From contig NC_043000.1 of assembly GCF_006345805.1 (NCBI RefSeq), positions 95,728,001 through 95,792,000 on the forward strand: a stretch of DNA of 64,000 nucleotides. Reading direction: 5' to 3'. Shown here piece after piece: positions 1-12,834 of the stretch; position 1 is the first letter of the stretch, and each line of letters begins with the position of its first letter. The notes below the pieces were generated by a model. That model was not told where the DNA came from. It saw only the letters and a program-made list of their open reading frames with translations, and did not search any database. A program made the translations under genes and the position numbers. Source of the DNA: Octopus sinensis (Eukaryota).

Positions 1-227
1 CCAAAAGTCGGTTTACAGTTATCACGTTGACACTTTAAATTTCTTTTAAAACATTTTATTACACTTAAATTTCTATCTTACAAACTGAAAAGGGAGCTTG
101 ACAGAATTAACTAAATTACCATAGAATAATGGTCTCATATTTTTTTTATAATTAAGATCTAAACTGTTAATATATGAATGCAAAAGAGATAGTTGAATAA
201 CTGTAAACCTACTTTTGGGCCACCCTG
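1..227. mobile_element. Tc1/mariner-type MITE, left TIR cut by the window edge
   Basis: Window start CCAAAAGTCGGTTTACAGTT is the inverted complement of AACTGTAAACCTACTTTTGGGCCACCCTG (~199-227), which is followed by TA (228-229), the Tc1/mariner target duplication. Confidence 0.75.
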
Positions 228-952
228 TATATATATATACTAGCATACCTGTGTCAGCAAAAATACCAATAGTTTTATTAATGATAGAAAATGGCAAATC
301 AACACATGGGGCAAACCACTGACAAAAGTCAGCAATCTAGAAAATATATGTACATACACAGAATTGAAGCACTTGAAGAATCAAAAACGATTGTAACATC
401 TCGGTTAAAAACATCACCTACATAAAGTACGTTAGAGTGTATATGTGGGTTGTGTGTGTGTGTATAAATAAATATAAAATACATCAAGTATAGGACATCT
501 CCAATGAGTGAAAAATATATAAACACACAAGAGATAAGTAGAGGACAAAATACCAAAAAATATACAATAAGAACAAGACATCAACGGGTGAAAAATACAT
601 AAACTGATAAAGAGAGACAAGTAGGGGACAAAACACCTAAAAAAAAGTCTAACCCTTCCTCAGTTGTCGACTTAATTACTCCATATACACGTATGTACAT
701 ATAGATACATATAAGCATAAATATATACATACACATATTTACATATATATGCCGCCACGAAGTACGGTCACGGGCCATGAGTGGATTTGGTCAAAGGAAA
801 CTGAAAGAAGCTTGTCATGTGTGTATATATATATATATATATATATGAATGTATACACATACCTCTGTATATACATATGCATGTGTGCATGCATGCATAT
901 GTTTGTTCACATTTTTTAGATTGATGAAATCATTTTATCGAATATAGCATAT

Positions 953-993
<41 letters not shown>

Positions 994-1409
994 TGAGTGA
1001 GTGTGTGTGTGAGTGTGTGTGTGTGAAATTGATAAATTTGATTTCATTTTCATTCAGAGCTCAGTACAGTTTACTGCCTCTGACTGTCACTCATTGCCAC
1101 TTCGTTTGTTGTTTTACTCTTCTTTCCCTTGCGTCATTGGAGCAAAGCTTAAGAGCTGCTGCTTGCATTAGCATCTCTCACTGTCACCCTTTCGCAGTTT
1201 ATCTGTTTTACTTTTCTTTGCCTACACACTAAGCATTTTATTATATACAAAGATATATACATACACACACACACAATTAGAGGATATGTTAACGTTGTGA
1301 AGAGATGGTTGCATCCAAGGAAATACTAGTTCAATACCTAGTAGCTCTGGGGAATGAAATCCCCTTAAAACAATAGGTATATACAAAGCATATAGTTTAT
1401 ATCTATTTA

Positions 1410-1718
1410 AAGAAAAGAAAATGGAGATAAGGAAGTTAATAATTGTTTATTATTAACAAATTGGTCATCATGCTTCTTACAGCTGTTTCAATTAATACTC
1501 AATTTAATTACGAATTTGTACATTAAATTTACATTTATGTGACAGGAGTATAATTTCATCAGAGGAAAAAAGATGTACCTTTGGATGTTATATGTGGGCT
1601 TATCAATCCATTTCAAAAGGTACATTAAACTGAATATTAACAGAAACAGCTGTAAGAAGCAAAGATGACCAATTTGTTAATAATAAACAATTATTAACTT
1701 ATCTCGATTTTCTATTCT

Positions 1719-1719
<1 letters not shown>
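1410..1719. mobile_element. Foldback/MITE-like element with ~85-90 bp inverted arms
   Basis: 1411-1510 (AGAAAAGAAAATGGAGATAAGGAAGTTAATAATTGTTTATTATTAACAAATTGGTCATC...) is the near-exact reverse complement of ~1624-1718. Inner arms ATGTACCTTT / AAAGGTACAT extend the palindrome. Confidence 0.8.
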
Positions 1720-1761
<42 letters not shown>

Positions 1762-1762
<1 letters not shown>

Positions 1763-3594
1763 TTTAATATATAAAATCCGCTCCATCTGTCTGTTTATGT
1801 GCTTATAACTCGAGTATTGTTCATTCAATCACGCTAAAATTTTAAACATGGATACATGAGAGAGCTGGGCGTTCTGTAAGCTAAAAAGATTTTCAAAATT
1901 GTTAGTTTCAAAGTGAGAATTTTTGTAATCTTTAATGTCCTGTTTGTTCTGCCATAAAAACAACCAGTTGCTCAGATGGCATATACCATTTCACTAGCAA
2001 CAAGGGAAGTACAGGATGACAGTCAGCCAAAGCCGTCACTATACTCTCTCTTCTTTCCTCTCTCTGTGGGGTTAATAATCTTAACCTTTAGTTACAGTTT
2101 CTCATTCAAACTACATAATAGGCAGAATTATTAGATTAAGACAGTGGAGTGTTTTGAGGGAGATCTGGCTGCTATTTCTACCATGTACAGGTCTGCCTCA
2201 TTGATATTATATATTCCTTACGCTTTCCAAAACCGAGTTACAGATTTTGATGTATGGGGTATCAAAAGATTCAGTACTATTTTGGCTACAAATTAAACTT
2301 AATTTTCATTCACATATTTGCATTTCAAAATTTTAACATAATCTTTTCCATAAATCAACTATCGTGACAATTTCATACTGTTATGTGTGTACATTAAAAG
2401 ATATCAATCATCACGACATACAACTTCACTCACTCACTATCTTTCTCTTTCACATACGCAGGCATTCACACACATGCCCATTTCATATAGACGTACATAC
2501 ATCTTTCACTTTCTTTCTCTGTTCTTTTCACTTTATCTTTCAATTTCTGCACTCTTGAAATAAAATTTTTACGGATACAACTGCTTACAAAAATAGGGAT
2601 TTCTTTCTATCTTCATAAATTTTTGTTTACAATATTGAGAAAATTATGCCAAAGAAAAGACATAATCTCTCCAGAAACAAGTATAAAGCAAGGAGGATTG
2701 AAGAAAACTGAAGGCAAGAGTCTGAAGAGAGAAGCTAGATGAGATTTTCTCAACTTCAGCAAATGCATGTTGCAGCACTTAATGCTGGATCATGAAATCA
2801 ATGTTTTAATGATTAGAGAGAGGTCCAATAGAATAGCTCTCAGAAACAGACTACGTACAAATTCATTCTTCACAACTCCTGAACCTGTTTTCAGATATGA
2901 TTGATCCCATTCTTATAAAAATAATAACTCTGTCCAAATTGGTGTACAAAACACATATTGTCTTTTCTGTAGAGCCTTTTCAAATAAAACAAATGGTATG
3001 TGCTGCTCAGGCAGTCAGGTAACATTGCCAGCACTACCAGCTCCTTTTCAAACTCTTATGGCTCTTCTAGAAGGCCTTTCCATCCAGTCAAAAGATTTTC
3101 TGAACAATATCAGACAATAGAACTCTGCAAATGACATTGTTTAGTGCATCTAAGACAGATAAACATGAATTTATGACGTTAAAGTTCAAGGGCAAGTCTA
3201 TCACCTCATTGGTTCCTTGTTACCCACAAATGAACACCCACAGTTCCTCCAAATTTACTTTATGAGGGATGTAGGACGACAAACCCAAAGGCGGTGTCAA
3301 CATTTCAGATGATAGGTCGTGTTAGACACAGCCCCTAACTGCTGCAAAAGAGAGTATATCCACTGACAGCTTCCCAGTGCATTCAAAAATCACGTAACTC
3401 TCCCGGTTTAGGGCCTGAAATACTCCAAAGAGATGCATAGCATATTGCTTAGTCGAATTAGCCCATCATTTACTCTACAAATGTTTTGTCATCAATGGTG
3501 CACTTTCCCATATCACCTGTTTCAACATAACTGTAATATATTATATACAAACTATGCCATTTTAATCCCAAGTAACGCCAGGTGTCTCTGTTAG
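1762..3594 (+). mobile_element. Internally deleted Helitron with Rep N-terminal remnant (outer element)
   Basis: 5' end resembles a Helitron terminus (TTTTAATATATAAAA...CTGTCTGT; the canonical TC is not preserved). The 3' end has a degenerate hairpin CCCAAGTAACGCCAGG followed by TTAG|T (3591-3595). A Rep-like remnant lies inside. Confidence 0.7.
2646..3312 (+). pseudogene. Helitron Rep/helicase N-terminal fragment, frameshifted with stops
   Basis: Manual translation gives MPKKRHNLSRNK..., CCSG/QVTLPALPAPFQTLMALLEG..SKDFLNNIRQ*NSA and KVQGQVYHLIGSLLPTNEHPQFLQIYFMRDVGRQTQRRCQHF. These match the conserved 'FKVQGQVYHxIGSLLP...QFLQIYF' block that precedes the Helitron Rep domain. Confidence 0.85.
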
Positions 3595-3782
<188 letters not shown>

Positions 3783-3909
3783 AAAACCTCAAATTACACA
3801 GCTTTTATGGCCGTTTATTTTTCACCGGGCTTTCTAGTTTGAATCCATGTCATTTTTTAGACACTATTTGTGTAAATAAGTAGGCGCGTAGTAATAATAA
3901 ATAATAATG

Positions 3910-3951
<42 letters not shown>

Positions 3952-3984
3952 CACACCTGATGAACATATGTATTCATGTCTGTA

Positions 3985-5098
3985 GTAGCAGCATAGCCCG
4001 GTGTTGCCTGGGTATGTGAGAGCCCCTAGTAGGCAACGACTAATCCCAATCTAGTCCTTTCTCTCTAGGGAACGAAGGCGCATGTGTAGGTTGCAAATGT
4101 CTTCACTTCCAAATAATTATCAAACAGCTATCGATAATTCAACCCAACCAATTCCTACCAGGAAGAAATTACATTCAAGACTTTGCAGCCGCAAGTTATT
4201 CAAATACTTTTTTTGTTTAAACTTTCTTTATAACTACCACCCCAAACGTTTTACCTTAAATTTTTGACTTACCCTAAGGGTCCTCGGATGCTACTTGCAA
4301 ACTCTTGGTTTATCATAAACCGCTTTTGTCATGTGCACCAAAAAACCTTTTCTATTCGTTTGTTCAGTTTTGTCACTTTTGACTTTTTCGTTGTTGTCAC
4401 ATTGCTGCCCGCTTTTTTGCCGTTTTTGTACATTTTTATACATTTTGGGATACTTACCCCACGTATTCCGAGAGTTAAAAAGTCGAGTTGCGTCCCCTAG
4501 ACAGTCTGTGGTTTGTGTTTAATACACAAATCGGTTTGCTATGTGTGCCACATATGATTTAATTAACCGATTTTTTCCAGTAATAAAGTATCCTATTGGA
4601 ATAAAAAGGGCCATGTAGCTCCTTGGAGCAGACATGATGCTCGCTGTGAATTTCAAAAAAAAATCCTGCCAATTTGTGAAAGATATTGTTGAAAATATGT
4701 CATCTTGAATTTGAACGCGATTTCCCAAAATGGCATGATTTTATCGATTTTTTTCTGATGGTAAGGTATTGCATGGAAAACTAACATTAGAATTAAGTTT
4801 CTTAGAGTAACATTAAGCTTCACCATGAGTTTGGTGAAAATCGATTGCAAGTTGCGAAAACTACAATAGAAAATGTGTTGCATATAAAAAGCTTAGACTC
4901 TCAACCCCATGTTGAATTTATCGATTTTTTTCAGAACTGGGGGAACTTTTCAAAATTTTCGCTGCGTTAGTTTTGAATTATGACATTGGGCTATGTGTGT
5001 GTCAAGTTTCATCAGAATCGGTTGAAAGCCGTGGTCAGGGTGAGGGTACAACCTGACAGACACACAGACAGACAAACTGCCGTTTATATAGAGAGAGA
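3985..5098 (-). mobile_element. Complete non-autonomous Helitron (1114 bp)
   Basis: The minus strand starts TCTCTCTCTATATAAACGGCAGTTTGTCTGTCTG (5' TC at 5098-5097) and ends CCCAGGCAACACCGGG (hairpin)-CTATGCTGCTAC. It sits between A and T with no target duplication. The empty site is visible at 5711|5712. Confidence 0.9.
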
Positions 5099-6023
5099 TT
5101 AGCTATATATTATATATGATGTATTTTATATGCTAAATAAGCATATTATATATGATATATTTTATATGCTAAATAAGCATTTTAGAAATTATTATATGTT
5201 TACAATACATATACCTGTGTAGGACAACAAACCCGAAGGCGGTGTCAACATTTCAGATGATGGGTCGTGTTAGACACGGCCCCGACTGCTGCAAAAGAGA
5301 GTATATCCACTGACAGCTTCTCGGTGCGTTCAAAAATCACATAACCCCCACAGGTTAGGGCCTGAAATACTCCAAAGAGACGCATAGACTCTACAAATGT
5401 TTTGCTGTCCATGCCACACGTTCCCATATCACCTGTTTCAACATAACTGTAATATATTATATACAAACTATGCCATTTTAATCCCAAGCAACACCGGGTG
5501 TCTCTGCTAGTGTGTATATATATATAAACCTCAAATTACACAGCTTTTATGGCTGTTTATTTTTCACCACGCTTTCTAGTTTGAATCTATGTCATTTTTT
5601 TTCATTTTATAGACACTATTTGTGTACATAGGTAGGCACATAGTAATAATAAATAATAATAATAAAATATATAAAATACACACCTGACGAACATATGTAT
5701 TTATGTCTGTATTAGCTATATATTATATATGATGTATTTGCAGTATATTTTATATGCTAAATAAGCATTTTAGAAATTATTATGCTTACGATATATATAT
5801 CTGTGTAATAGTGTGTGTGTGTGTGTGTGTATAAATGCATGTATATCAATGGTAATTTAACACCTAGTAAAAAACGTGTGTTCTATCTGTATAGTGTGTG
5901 TTAGGGTTGTTTAAGTTAAAATATCACATTTACTAATGGAAGGATTCAATACAGATGTTAGCATTAGCTAAATTTCTATTGATTGACTAGGACTTCAAAA
6001 TTTACTTTTTGAGACATATCCGA

Positions 6024-6054
<31 letters not shown>

Positions 6055-6811
6055 AAGACGTTATATGACAAGCAATATGCACGTTTTCTCCGTATGTAAT
6101 ATATGCTAGTGTATTGGGAGTATGTGTGTGTATGTATGTATATTATATATACACACACACATATATATATATAATCTCAAGCTGAAAATCTGTACTCCTT
6201 TTTTACCTTACATATATTTAACGCAATGCCAGTAATTATTGTGTTGATATATAATTAGAGAGAAATAGAGAGAGAAAATGAGGGAAGGGGGAAGCAGGCG
6301 ATGGAGTTGACCAAAACAGAAGTTGCAGTAATTTAGTTAGATTTTTATTTATTACATTTTGACACAGATTTCACCTGGAGATGAGAGGGTTCATGAGTAA
6401 TTAAATTTTATATTTGTTCCTCTGATCAAATATTACATGAAACAATCCATTCACATTCAATTATATGTATACACACCAAATATTAACTTCATACTTGATA
6501 AGAACAAAGTAACTACTGGAGGAGCTCATAAGGTAATGCTGAGCTTTTCTAGCAACATCCACCAACTGGTTTTCTCTGGTCAGTTGTAGCTATTTCACAT
6601 CACACCCCACACTCAGTGCTCACTAGAAAGACATTCCTGCATAATCTCATTTTTGTTCTGTGCAAGTAATGAAGGCAGAATCATTAAAGGGTCAGTGTTA
6701 AATTACGTTTTATGTTCTCAGTTCAAATCTGTTTGAGATCGACTTTACATTTCATCTATCTCCCGGGAATCGATAAAATGAAGAACCAATCAAATACTGA
6801 AAGCAATTTAA

Positions 6812-7500
6812 CCTTTTCGTTACCAAACCGCCGAAAGCCGCCCGAAAAAAATTTTGGTTAATGTGACCAAACCGCCCAAACCCGCCCGAATTTACCTATT
6901 CATATTTAAATGAGAATATCAGAGCAAATCTCTTTAGTACATTCGTGAAAACACGTGATTATGCTTCGTAAATAGTTCATCTACAGTTTTGTACAACGAT
7001 CGACATGTAATTTTAATTCCCTGAATTTTGGGAGATTTTTTTCCACATTTTTTTCGGCATCGATTTTTCTTCAACTTTGAAAATGGATAGGAGTTTCATG
7101 TTATCAAGCATTGATTCCGAATTAGAAAATTTGTGAAACAAATACTGGGTACTGTTGTGGATTCAGTTTTTATACAGGGAAACTAATGTTAGTCAGCATG
7201 GCTTAGGGTATGATGTGGTCTGGAAGTTATTGTTTGAAGCGATCAATGCGGAAACAAACTTACGCACAGAATGTAAATAAACACAAAATGGGGGTTCAAA
7301 TTTAGGAAAATTTGTGAAGCAAATACTGGGTACTGTGTGGATTTAGTTTTTATACAGGGAAAATAATGTTAGTCAGCATGGCCTAGGGAACGATGTGGTC
7401 TGGAATTTATCACTTCCATACCATAAACCAGGGCCGTATATTATTTTTTGACCGATTTCTTTAGTTCGGTCAAACTTACGGTGGATTCCAGTATTTCACT
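6812..7500 (+). mobile_element. One-ended piggyBac-like element fragment with an internal 110-bp direct repeat
   Basis: TTAA (6808-6811) is followed by CCTTTTCGTTACC, nearly the same terminus as the MITE at 12614. The region is CpG-rich relative to its flanks, and 7121-7230 is repeated at 7301-7410. No matching right end was found, so the end coordinate is approximate. Confidence 0.5.
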
Positions 7501-8859
7501 TTATTCCACCTTTATGGTACACCTGTTGTGCATTAAATTCAATTGATGATATAGTGATGTACACAATTCTTCTTTATCAAAATTTTGTTGCATACCCATT
7601 TGAATATTAGCTGATGATTCATTTTCTATGGTGATGTTTAAACAAAATTTTAATATATTTACCTTTTGCTCAATTTACCTGTAATTAAAGTCACTATTTT
7701 AAATGAATGTACAGCCTAATTACATCTGCCTAGGGTAGTATTTCAAGGCTATGAAAGGATTAAGTGTTCATCTTAGATATTTACATATAGCTTGTTGGAA
7801 CAAAATATTTACAATCAGATCTTGTTTGTCATTGTACTAACCAACAATCTGCCCAAAGAGATGTGGTACCTGCTTCTAGACAAGCAAAGTTGTACCTTTC
7901 TTACAAGGAACAACCAAATGCAGGAATATCTTATCACTTCAGGATTAGCAATCCAGCATTTTTACTATATTAGATATTTCCTCCCAAAATTGCGAAATTC
8001 AGAACAACTTCTTTAAAGCTATTGTACCTTGTATATTCAACAAGTAATAAATTGTACCTCTAAACAGGTTACCTAAAAATGAGGAAACATTTTGGAGGGA
8101 TTGCAGCACTTTCAAACCCTATGCTATTAAATATGCTTAATTTCTTCCAAGTTATCTATCTATCAAGAAATACAGCATCATGGTAACACTGTGCACCTGA
8201 AAATCTTGTTGAATTCCAAAACATATTTGCAACTAAGATCCATGTAAATCAAGGAAAGACTTACAAGAACTCAATGTTTCTGTAATGCAGAATGTAAATG
8301 CCTAGGGAGAATTGTGACTGTTTAACTGAAAATCTATTGGTTGTACATGAAGATTTTAACATAATAATCCGTATATAAATCATACTATGATTTGCAAGTG
8401 CAGTAAAAAGATTAAAATGATACTCTGTCATGACAGATAGATGGCAAAACACTAGTTGTTCAAAGATAACCAGGTTCAACAGTATTAAATCAAAAATGAA
8501 TGGTAAAAGTACATCCTATACTTGCAGTTGTAACCCAGAAATACAGGATTTCAAAATTAAAAAGAACATGCGTGTAGATGTTTTAACAAATTACATTAAA
8601 TTAAGTATCTCATTAGCTTCAACCCCTGCCAGCATGGAAAGTGGGCGTTAAATGATGATGATGAGATTCATAAATGAAGGGAATTTTAAATTTCAACTAT
8701 TTTTAATTAGCTTCTCAATGGATCTCATAAGGTCATACAAGAAAGTGCCATATCAAAAGTCTGGCATAGCAGTAGCATCACTGTTTACAATGTTACTGCT
8801 ACAAAAGCAAAGGAGGTGCATTTGAGAGGAAATTAAAGAGACAGTAAATAGTTGGACTA

Positions 8860-9490
8860 GGTTATGAAATTTACAACAGAGTCACTGCAAAATTGATTAA
8901 AAGATATTTTAACTTAGAGGTGATGCAGTTTGGAAATGTGCCAGGAAGAGCTATTATCGATGCTATATTCCTAGTGAGACAATTGCAGAAGTAGTTAGCT
9001 TGGAGTAAACCCCCATGCTTAATATTCACCAGCCTAGAGAAGGCTTTGGTTGGGTCCTTCTCTGTGATCTGATGGTTGCTAAAGCTGGTAGTTGAATGAC
9101 TTCTGAGAGTCATACAAGTTATGCAGAGGTGCAATCAGTAAAAAAAAATTTAGTACACAGGTAAGGCTATATCAGGACTCAGTTCTAAGCATCCCACACT
9201 TCTTTATTTTATCTCCATGCCTTTCAAGACCATCTGTCTGTAGGAACACTTAGTTCTTACAGTGGATTCTGCAGATCTGATAGAGAGATTCCAGACATAG
9301 AAGCAAAACATTGAATTGAAAGGCCTTTAAATAAATTTATGAAAGACTAAACTTTTAGGAAGACAAGTTCCTGCTACCATCAGGGAAATGAATGTGCGCA
9401 AATCTAGTAGCTGTGCCCAATGGATGAACAACACATAGGATCATAGGAAGGCTAACAAAGGTAGACTTCATATATGTTGCAGGTGCCCAA
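8860..9490 (+). mobile_element. RTE-clade LINE reverse-transcriptase remnant
   Basis: From 8923: MQFGNVPGRAIIDAIFLVRQLQK*...LEKA, a degenerate form of the RTE motif MQFGFMPGRSTTDAIFIVRQLQEK...DLEKAFD. Multiple stops. Confidence 0.75.
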
Positions 9491-12400
9491 GGGTAATAAA
9501 CACTAACAGTATTTATTCTCTCAAATTCATCTACATGATAAAATTAGGTGGGTATTCTGAAAATAGTAACAAGAGTAAAAACAGGTTGGAAAAAGTTCCG
9601 AGCTATCGCTACTGGTAACGAAAGATTTCTTCTTCAATGAAGAACAGATAACATAATACAAGACCAGGATGATTGGCAACATGTGGTATTGGAGAAGACC
9701 CAACTACATGTGCAAGAATGGTGAAACATTGAAATGGGACAGAGATGGAGGCTGGGATATTTAATAAACAAACACCTGAGCCTTTTACTTATTTTGTATG
9801 TGCTAACTCTCTCTCCACCTGCTAACCAAATACCTATATGACACCTCATCTCCCATTCAGTTTATCATGCCATTCACCCAATGAGAGTAAACAGTAAATC
9901 TGTCCACTACCAATATCTATCTCTCAACCCTCCTCCTTCCCATCAGAACGCCTATGAATGAGAGATTGCATAAAAATCTGCTGGTATCCAATACTTTCCC
10001 TCAAGCCACTCCTAACAACATCCATCTCTCACATGCTCTCTCTTACCAGCTAATGATGTGCCATACTGGTAGTCACTACTTGTTCTCTCCCAAGTCACTC
10101 ATTACACTTTCTTACCACCAGCTATGCCCTCAACTATCCACGCTATGCCTTCAACTATCCACCTCTCTCACACACAAACACAAGCTAACGTGTAGCTACC
10201 TTCAGTATTTCTCTTTAATTACTGCCTCTCTTCTTTCTATATCACTCCTAGCAATTATCTCTCATTTCTTCTTCCTCTTTTTCCAGTCTCCCCCAATCAA
10301 TGTTTCATTCTCACACTCATCCTACTTCAAATTTTGCAATCACCCAATCTTCTACCAATTCTATTGATCACATTGCCCTCAACAGAGAATGCATGAAGTA
10401 ATGAGGACATGTCAATCTTGCAGGATATGAGGCAATCTCACTTGTATTTTTGCCATGATAAAATGCATCCAGACCACTCTGTAAAATAGTTGTTGTGAGG
10501 AAGAGTATACAAACCATGCCAAAAACAAAATATACAAGCAAGACATGGTCCCAGGCCTGTCTAGGAAGTCAGTTACTCTGAACAAAAATTGACTCAGATT
10601 GTAACAACCCAAGCAAGCACTGAAAGCAGATGTAAAATGATGAAAATGAAACATAGCATATTAGATGTAAAATTGTTACAATAATACTATATACAAAATA
10701 GCTAAGCAAATAGGCTTAAATTTAATCACGGTTATAAAAATGAAAAATTCAAACTAAATGGAGACTGAACAATATAAAAAAAGCTCTAAACAATCAAAAC
10801 AAATCAAAAATGTCAAGACAGGATCTAAAAGCTATATACTAAATGTAGAATTGACATGAAAATGCACATGATTACAATTCCTCTTCTAACTATTAACTAC
10901 TGAAAAAGATTAATGATGTAGACTCAGAAAAACAGCTAAGAACCCATATATAAATCAACCTAAGTATCAATCATTATTTTAATGTCCACTTTCCCATGCT
11001 TGCATAGGTCAACTGGAATTTGTTGAGGTAGATTTTTCTATAGCCAAAAGCCCTTCCTGTCACCAACCCCCTACTCATTTCCAAGTAGTGTAATAATTCT
11101 CCATGACCAGGCAATTTCTTTTATAACAAGTTTTTCTCTCAGCTCATTTACACTGTTGTTCATGCACACTGAACTCGTACATCCAGTAGAATATACTTGC
11201 CTCATTTCTTTCTAGCCTTCACACACATCCCACATTGCATTCAACATAATTTAGCTACCATGAAGAAGTAACCGTCATCCACAAGCATCATACAATCTGC
11301 TCTTTGCTTGACGAGAGAATTTCTTTGTTACCATCAGATAGATTAGCTCCCTGAACTTTTTCTATCTTCTCCTTACTCATCTAGCCAAAGTTACCATCTA
11401 TTTCACTTCTTGTGCACAGCACACTTCTGCAAGCCACAGCTCTATTATTTTGTCACTAAAAGACAGATGGTGATCATTTGATGACTGTCAAGGGGTAATT
11501 ACACATTGCCACTTGAACATTCTACTAAAAAGTATACTAATGAGTACAGTACCAACATAGTGCCATTAGGGCTTTTTTTTTTTTTTTAAATAAATCATTG
11601 CACGTGATTGTCAAGGTTTTATTGAATGAATATCCAACTACTTTACAACCTGAAGTAGGTGCATTCTCTTCTATATTACCAGTTTATATTCAGAATTACT
11701 GCTCTTATAGATGGATTGCCTTCACTGCAGCTAGTGAAATACATGTATCCCCACATGCAGAATTTTATCAGAGTTACTGCTTTCCTAGCCATGTTGCATT
11801 CAACTATGGCATTTAAAAGGAGTTATACCTCATCAGTCACTAAAGCTTCCCCAACCTCACAAAATTTTTGTCCAGAATTCAAAATGTTTACATTAGTTTC
11901 AATGTATTTTAACAAAAGAGATATGGTTTTATAAGCCTATTCTGGTTACCTCCTCTTAGCTCTTCTTTGGGTTTTTTACCCTTTTTTTGGACATCACCGT
12001 CCACTCACATTTTTTCAGGCAGCATACTTCATTGATGTAGGTCAAATCTTCATATAAGTGCAGCCATCATTTGAATATGTCATAAATACATTTGATACTA
12101 ACAGACTTTCTTCGTTCATCTGCACTCAATTTGTGTCTGCTGTGTATTGCACATTGAAAAAATATCTGACAATTTTGAGAAAAAATTAGCCAACTAAGTT
12201 CTACTGCACTATTTTTGACAACCTACTTTGATACCAAAAGATGTAACAATTCTTGTAGCTTCTGGTTATCTTACCTTTCTCTTTGTACACTAAGTTTTCG
12301 TTACCATTACACCTTGAATAAGGCCTTTTAAATAATGCTACTTCTTTATAAGGTATATACAAGAATGAAAAACAAATAATCAGGAGAGATGGGAACAAAA

Positions 12401-12613
12401 GAGAGTATTAATCTTTGGTATGCAATAACAATAAAGAGTTCAGGTGAATTAAAACAGAGTGAAAATAAAGCTTTGAAACAATACCAAAGTATTGTAAGAT
12501 GTAGAGAGAAAAAAAAATAGGGAGTGTAAGATATATGTCAATGTTTTGATACCAACCCATCCAATACCACTTTCGCTAATTTATATTTGAAACAATAGCT
12601 TAGAAATATTTAA

Positions 12614-12834
12614 CCCTTTCATTACTGTATTTATTTTGAGATGATCTGTGTTTCTTTCAATTATTTTAAATATAACAAAGAATTTAGTAAAATGACTTAG
12701 TTATCATTTAGCTAGTGTTAGGAACATAAATGGTGACTAAGGTTTGGTGGAACATTTTAATTTAAAACTTATGGAAACAAAATATTTGTACTACAGAGTC
12801 AGAACCGGTTTCAGCCAGGTTGGTAACGAAAGGG
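12614..12834. mobile_element. piggyBac-like MITE (221 bp) with TTAA target duplication
   Basis: TTAA|CCCTTTCATTAC ... GGTAACGAAAGGG|TTAA (TSDs 12610-12613 and 12835-12838). Confidence 0.85.

Noticed and set aside
490-650. Degenerate ~80-bp tandem repeat and possible Penelope-type end (CTGAGGA on the minus strand near 660)
   Set aside because: There are only two diverged units and the ribozyme core is incomplete (no GAAA), which is too weak to assign.
3958-3985. Hammerhead ribozyme (CTGATGA here, CTGACGA at ~5685)
   Set aside because: No GAAA follows the putative stem II and there are no stems I or III. The T/C difference is explained by CpG decay.
12270-12345. Minus-strand exon candidate with strong donor AAG|GTAAGA as the next KANSL1 exon
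   Set aside because: It hits a stop in the required phase-2 frame and has no resemblance to the conserved EWKW block.
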